Below, piece by piece: positions 56,801 to 64,000 of a stretch of 64,000 bases of DNA. Position 1 is the stretch's first letter. Every line of letters starts with the position of its first letter. A model generated the notes under the pieces. That model ran no database searches and had not been told where the DNA came from. It saw nothing but the letters and a program-made list of their open reading frames with translations. Source of the stretch: Auanema rhodensis (lineage: Eukaryota; Animalia; Nematoda); contig OZ059896.1 in the NCBI GenBank assembly GCA_964057225.1, positions 2,108,001-2,172,000 of the forward strand. The letters run 5' to 3'. Position numbers and translations under genes: made by a program.

Positions 56801-59800
56801 TGAATGACAATGTCCATCGTCTTTGTCTTGAAAAAAGAAATCTAAAAACATCTACTTTTTGTAAAATTATTTTGAAATTTTTCGGGAAAATTTTTGTCAA
56901 AATGTTTTTGGAAGCAATGTTGTGTGTACATGGAAACTCAACATACACTAATGCATCATTTTTCAAACGATCATAACTAATTTTTGTATTGAGCGTTTCT
57001 TAATGTAGTATAGTGCATTCGATGCGGATTTTTAAGCTGCGTCGATCTGTGTTATCAGATTTGCGCTAGCTTAAAAATGAACCGAGATATCAACTGATAT
57101 AGGTTCACACTTATGTCCTCGATTTTCACCGTGAAGAATTAATTTTTTTGTTGAATAACAATGTCCATCGTCTTTGTCTTGAAAAAAGGAATCTAAAAAC
57201 ATCTACTTTTTGTGAAATTATCTTGAAATTTTTCGGGAAAATTTTTGTCAAAATGTTTCTGGAAGCAATGTTGAGTGTACATGGAAACTCAACATACACT
57301 AATGCATCATTTTTCAAACGATCATAACTAATTTTTGTATTGAGCGTTTCTTAATGTAGTATAGTGCATTCGATGCGGATTTTTAAGCTGCGTCGATCTG
57401 TGTTATCAGATTTGCGCTAGCTTAAAAATGAACCGAGATATCAACTGATATAGGTTCACACTTATGTCCTCGATTTTCACCGTGAAGAATTAATTTTTTT
57501 GTTGAATAACAATGTCCATCGTCTTTGTCTTGAAAAAAGGAATCTAAAAACATCTACTTTTTGTGAAATTATCTTGAAATTTTTCGGGAAAATTTTTGTC
57601 AAAATGTTTCTGGAAGCAATGTTGAGTGTACATGGAAACTCAACATACACTAATGCATCATTTTTCAAACGATCATAACTAATTTTTGTATTGAGCGTTT
57701 CTTAATGTAGTATAGTGCATTCGATGCGGATTTTTAAGCTGCGTCGATCTGTGTTATCAGATTTGCGCTAGCTTAAAAATGAACCGAGATATCAACTGAT
57801 ATAGGTTCACACTTATATCCTCGATTTTCACTGTGAAGAATTAATTTTTTTGTTGAATAACAATGTCCATCGTCTTTGTCTTGAAAAAAGGAATCTAAAA
57901 ACATCTACTTTTTGTGAAATTATCTTGAAATTTTTCGGGAAAATTTTTGTCAAAATGTTTCTGGAAGCAATGTTGAGTGTACATGGAAACTCAACATACA
58001 CTAATGCATCATTTTTCAAACGATCATAACTAATTTTTGTATTGAGCGTTTCTCCATGTAGTATAGTGCATTCGATGTGGATTTTTAAGCTGCGTCGATC
58101 TGTGTTATCAGATTTGCGCTAGCTTAAAAATGAACCGAGATATCAACTGATATAGGTTCACACTTATATCCTCGATTTTCACCCTGAAGATTTAATTTTT
58201 TCGTTGAATAACATTGTCCATCGTCTTTGTCTTGAAAAAAGGAATCTAAGAACATCTACTTTTTGTGAAATTATTTTGAAATTTTTCGGGAAAATTTTTG
58301 TCAAAATGTTTTTGGAAGCATTGTTGAGTGTACATGGAAACTCAACATACACTAATGCATCATTTTTCAAACGATCATAACTAATTTTTGTATTGAGCGT
58401 TTCTCCATGTAGTATAGTGCATTCGATGCGGATTTTTAAGCTGCGTCGATCTGTGTTATCAGATTTGCGCTAGCTTGAAAATGCACCGAGATATCAACTG
58501 ATATAGGTTCACACTTATATCCTCGATTTTCACCGTGAAGAATTAATTTTTTTGTTGAATGACAATGTCCATCGTCTTTGTCTTGAAAAAAGGAAACTAA
58601 AAACATCTACTTTTTGTAAATTTATTCTGAAATTTTTCGGGAAAATGTTTGTCAAAATGTTTTTGGAAGCAATGTTGAGTGTACATGGAAACTCAACATA
58701 CACTAATGCATCATTTTTCAAACAATCATAACTAATTTTTGTATTGAGCGTTTTTCAATGTAGTATAGTACATTCGATGCGGATTTTTAAGCTGCGTCGA
58801 TCTGTGTTATCAGATTTGCGCTAGCTTAAAAATGAACCGAGATATCAACTGATATAGGTTCACACTTATATCCTCGATTTTCACCGTGAAGATTTAATTT
58901 TTTCGTTGAATAACATTGTCCATCGTCTTTGTCTTGAAAAAAGGAATCTAAAAACATCTACTTTTTGTGAAATTATTTTGAAATTTTTCGGGAAAATTTT
59001 TGTCAAAATGTTTTTGGAAGCATTGTTGAGTGTACATGGAAACTCAACATACACTAATGCATCATTTTTCAAACGATCATAACTAACTTTTGTATTGAGT
59101 GTTTCTTAATGTAGTATAGTACATTCGATGCGGATTTTTAAGCTGCGTCGATCTGTGTTATCAGATTTGCGCTAGCTTGAAAATGCACCGAGATATCAAC
59201 TGATATAGGTTCACACTTATATCCTCGATTTTCACCGTGAAGAATTAATTTTTTTGTTGAATGACAATGTCCATCGTCTTTGTCTTGAAAAAAGGAAACT
59301 AAAAACATCTACTTTTTGTAAATTTATTCTGAAATTTTTCGGGAAAATGTTTGTCAAAATGTTTTTGGAAGCAATGTTGAGTGTACATGGAAACTCAACA
59401 TACACTAATGCATCATTTTTCAAACAATCATAACTAATTTTTGTATTGAGCGTTTTTCAATGTAGTATAGTACATTCGATGCGGATTTTTAAGCTGCGTC
59501 GATCTGTGTTATCAGATTTGCGCTAGCTTAAAAATGAACCGAGATATCAACTGATATAGGTTCACACTTATATCCTCGATTTTCACCGTGAAGATTTAAT
59601 TTTTTCGTTGAATAACATTGTCCATCGTCTTTGTCTTGAAAAAAGGAATCTAAAAACATCTACTTTTTGTGAAATTATTTTGAAATTTTTCGGGAAAATT
59701 TTTGTCAAAATGTTTTTGGAAGCATTGTTGAGTGTACATGGAAACTCAACATACACTAATGCATCATTTTTCAAACGATCATAACTAACTTTTGTATTGA

Positions 59801-62800
59801 GTGTTTCCCAATGTAGTATAGTGCATTCGATGTGGATTTTTAAGCTGCGTCGATCTGTGTTATCAGATTTGCGCTAGCTTAAAAATGCACCGAGATATCA
59901 ACTGATATAAGTTCACACTTATATCCTCGATTTTCACCCTGAAGAATTAATTTTTTTGTTGAATAACAATGTCCATCGTCTTTGTCTTGAAAAAAGGAAT
60001 CTAAAAACATCTACTTTTTGTGAAATTATTTTGAAATTTTTCGGGAAAATTTTTGTCAAAATGTTTTTGGAAGCAATGTTGAGTGTACATGGAAACTCAA
60101 CATACACTAATGCATCATTTTTCAAACGATCATAACTAATTTTTGTATTGAGTGTTTCCCAATGTAGTATAGTGCATTCGATGTGGATTTTTAAGCTGCG
60201 TCGATCTGTGTTATCAGATTTGCGCTAGCTTAAAAATGCACCGAGATATCAACTGATATAAGTTCACACTTATATCCTCGATTTTCACCCTGAAGAATTA
60301 ATTTTTTTGTTGAATAACAATGTCCATCGTCTTTGTCTTGAAAAAAGGAATCTAAAAACATCTACTTTTTGTGAAATTATTTTGAAATTTTTCGGGAAAA
60401 TTTTTGTCAAAATGTTTTTGGAAGCAATGTTGAGTGTCCATGGAAACTCAACATACACTAATGCATCATTTTTCAAACGATCATAACTAATTTTTGTATT
60501 GAGTGTTTCCCAATGTAGTATAGTGCATTCGATGTGGATTTTTAAGCTGCGTCGATCTGTGTTATCAGATTTGCGCTAGCTTAAAAATGCACCGAGATAT
60601 CAACTGATATAAGTTCACACTTATATCCTCGATTTTCACCGTGAAGAATTAATTTTTTTGTTGAATAACAATGTCCATCGTCTTTGTCTTGAAAAAAGGA
60701 ATCTAAAAACATCTACTTTTTGTGAAATTATCTTGAAATTTTTCGGGAAAATTTTTGTCAAAATGTTTCTGGAAGCAATGTTGAGTGTACATGGAAACTC
60801 AACATACACTAATGCATCATTTTTCAAACGATCATAACTAATTTTTGTATTGAGCGTTTCTCCATGTAGTATAGTGCATTCGATGTGGATTTTTAAGCTG
60901 CGTCGATCTGTGTTATCAGATTTGCGCTAGCTTGAAAATGCACCGAGATATCAACTGATATAGGTTCACACTTATATCCTCGATTTTCACCGTGAAGAAT
61001 TAATTTTTTCGTTGAATAACAATGTCCATCGTCTTTGTCTTGGAAAAAGGAATCTAAAAACATCTACTTTTTGTAAATTTATTCTGAAATTTTTCGGGAA
61101 AATGTTTGTCAAAATGTTTTTGGAAGCAATGTTGAGTGTACATGGAAACTCAACATACACTAATGCATCATTTTTCAAACGATCATAACTAATTTTTGTA
61201 TTGAGCGTTTCTCCATGTAGTATAGTGCATTCGATGCGGATTTTTAAGCTGCGTCGATCTGTGTTATCAGATTTGCGCTAGCTTGAAAATGCACCGAGAT
61301 ATCAACTGATATAGGTTCACACTTATATCCTCGATTTTCACCGTGAAGAATTAATTTTTTTGTTGAATAACAATGTCCATCGTCTTTGTCTTGAAAAAAG
61401 GAATCTAAAAACATCTACTTTTTGTGAAATTATCTTGAAATTTTTCGGGAAAATTTTTGTCAAAATGTTTCTGGAAGCAATGTTGAGTGTACATGGAAAC
61501 TCAACATACACTAATGCATCATTTTTCAAACGATCATAACTAATTTTTGTATTGAGCGTTTCTCCATGTAGTATAGTGCATTCGATGTGGATTTTTAAGC
61601 TGCGTCGATCTGTGTTATCAGATTTGCGCTAGCTTGAAAATGCACCGAGATATCAACTGATATAGGTTCACACTTATATCCTCGATTTTCACCGTGAAGA
61701 ATTAATTTTTTCGTTGAATAACAATGTCCATCGTCTTTGTCTTGGAAAAAGGAATCTAAAAACATCTACTTTTTGTAAATTTATTCTGAAATTTTTCGGG
61801 AAAATGTTTGTCAAAATGTTTTTGGAAGCAATGTTGAGTGTACATGGAAACTCAACATACACTAATGCATCATTTTTCAAACGATCATAACTAATTTTTG
61901 TATTGAGCGTTTCTTAATGTAGTATAGTACATTCGATGCGGATTTTTAAGCTGCGTCGATCTGTGTTATCAGATTTGCGCTAGCTTAAAAATGAACCGAG
62001 ATATCAACTGATATAGGTTCACACTTATATCCTCGATTTTCACCCTGAAGATTTAATTTTTTCGTTGAATAACATTGTCCATCGTCTTTGTCTTGAAAAA
62101 AGGAATCTAAAAACATCTACTTTTTGTGAAATTATTTTGAAATTTTTCGGGAAAATTTTTGTCAAAATGTTTTTGGAAGCATTGTTGAGTGTACATGGAA
62201 ACTCAACATACACTAATGCATCATTTTTCAAACGATCATAACTAATTTTTGTATTGAGCGTTTCTCCATGTAGTATAGTGCATTCGATGCGGATTTTTAA
62301 GCTGCGTCGATCTGTGTTATCAGATTTGCGCTAGCTTGAAAATGCACCGAGATATCAACTGATATAGGTTCACACTTATATCCTCGATTTTCACCGTGAA
62401 GAATTAATTTTTTTGTTGAATAACAATGTCCATCGTCTTTGTCTTGAAAAAAGGAATCTAAAAACATCTACTTTTTGTGAAATTATCTTGAAATTTTTCG
62501 GGAAAATTTTTGTCAAAATGTTTCTGGAAGCAATGTTGAGTGTACATGGAAACTCAATATACACTAATGCATCATTTTTCAAACGATCATAACTAATTTT
62601 TGTATTGAGCGTTTCTCCATGTAATATAGTGCATTCGATGTGGATTTTTAAGCTGCGTCGATCTGTGTTATCAGATTTGCGCTAGCTTAAAAATGAACCG
62701 AGATATCAACTGATATAGGTTCACACTTATGTCCTCGATTTTCACCGTGAAGAATTAATTTTTTTGTTGAATAACAATGTCCATCGTCTTTGTCTTGAAA

Positions 62801-64000
62801 AAAGGAATCTAAAAACATCTACTTTTTGTGAAATTATCTTGAAATTTTTCGGGAAAATTTTTGTCAAAATGTTTCTGGAAGCAATGTTGAGTGTACATGG
62901 AAACTCAACATACACTAATGCATCATTTTTCAAACGATCATAACTAATTTTTGTATTGAGCGTTTCTTAATGTAGTATGGTGCATTCGATGCGGATTTTT
63001 AAGCTGCGTCGATCTGTGTTATCAGATTTGCGCTAGCTTAAAAATGAACCGAGATATCAACTGATATAGGTTCACACTTATATCCTCGATTTTCACTGTG
63101 AAGAATTAATTTTTTTGTTGAATAACAATGTCCATCGTCTTTGTCTTGAAAAAAGGAATCTAAAAACATCTACTTTTTGTGAAATTATCTTGAAATTTTT
63201 CGGGAAAATTTTTGTCAAAATGTTTCTGGAAGCAATGTTGAGTGTACATGGAAACTCAACATACACTAATGCATCATTTTTCAAACGATCATAACTAATT
63301 TTTGTATTGAGCGTTTCTCCATGTAGTATAGTGCATTCGATGTGGATTTTTAAGCTGCGTCGATCTGTGTTATCAGATTTGCGCTAGCTTAAAAATGAAC
63401 CGAGATATCAACTGATATAGGTTCACACTTATATCCTCGATTTTCACCCTGAAGATTTAATTTTTTCGTTGAATAACATTGTCCATCGTCTTTGTCTTGA
63501 AAAAAGGAATCTAAGAACATCTACTTTTTGTGAAATTATTTTGAAATTTTTCGGGAAAATTTTTGTCAAAATGTTTTTGGAAGCATTGTTGAGTGTACAT
63601 GGAAACTCAACATACACTAATGCATCATTTTTCAAACGATCATAACTAATTTTTGTATTGAGCGTTTCTCCATGTAGTATAGTGCATTCGATGCGGATTT
63701 TTAAGCTGCGTCGATCTGTGTTATCAGATTTGCGCTAGCTTGAAAATGCACCGAGATATCAACTGATATAGGTTCACACTTATATCCTCGATTTTCACCG
63801 TGAAGAATTAATTTTTTTGTTGAATAACAATGTCCATCGTCTTTGTCTTGAAAAAAGGAATCTAAAAACATCTACTTTTTGTGAAATTATTTTGAAATTT
63901 TTCGGGAAAATTTTTGTCAAAATGTTTTTGGAAGCAATGTTGAGTGTACATGGAAACTCAACATACACTAATGCATCATTTTTCAAACGATCATAACTAA

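Larger units (their letters stand above)
13361..64000. repeat. Satellite array Sat-B, 351-bp monomer, ~144 copies, open at the right window edge
   Basis: The same repeat-borne ORF recurs from 13602 to 63795, and (63795-13602)/351 = exactly 143 periods. Monomers differ only by substitutions. Confidence 0.98.

Noticed and set aside
13602-63986. ~137 tandem 63-aa ORFs (MKNDALVYVEFPCT...) as an amplified small-protein gene family
   Set aside because: The start codon is TTG, not ATG. There is no recognisable domain, and the F/K/N/I-rich composition simply reflects AT-rich DNA. Many segregating SNPs change amino acids. Stop codons occur in 7 monomers, with the same TGG>TAG stop propagated in 5 (41682, 42384, 50457, 52563, 53265). 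Ribo-seq or proteomics could overturn this.
1-64000. CRISPR array or repeat-spacer system
   Set aside because: There are no unique spacers: whole monomers are repeated with only SNP-level differences, and no cas-like ORFs are present.
1-64000. Assignment to a named satellite family, species or functional centromere
   Set aside because: Monomer lengths near 180 and 350 bp are common to many plant and animal satellites, and I do not recognise these sequences. Assignment needs a database search and CENH3/CENP-A data.

Overview
The window is entirely tandem satellite DNA, AT-rich and most likely eukaryotic (peri)centromeric or other heterochromatin. I cannot assign the taxon from sequence alone. 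There are three blocks. (1) 1-10067: about 55 copies of an A-rich 182-184 bp monomer (Sat-A) with 6-, 11- and 23-monomer block duplications. (2) 10068-13359: about 18 copies of the same family in inverted orientation, mostly a 180-bp deletion variant with its own 3- to 5-mer higher-order repeats. (3) 13361-64000: about 144 copies of an apparently unrelated 351-bp monomer (Sat-B), phased without any detectable indel, rich in dyad symmetries, and arranged in local 2-, 4-, 6-, 8- and 9-mer higher-order repeats. I find no credible protein-coding gene, RNA gene, transposon or CRISPR array, and no novel gene system. The 60-63 aa ORFs are by-products of the repeats. The points of interest are structural: a fold-back-like inversion junction, a direct Sat-A/Sat-B junction, length invariance of Sat-B, and a hairpin-rich Sat-B segment where two common SNPs keep G-U pairing on the + strand.
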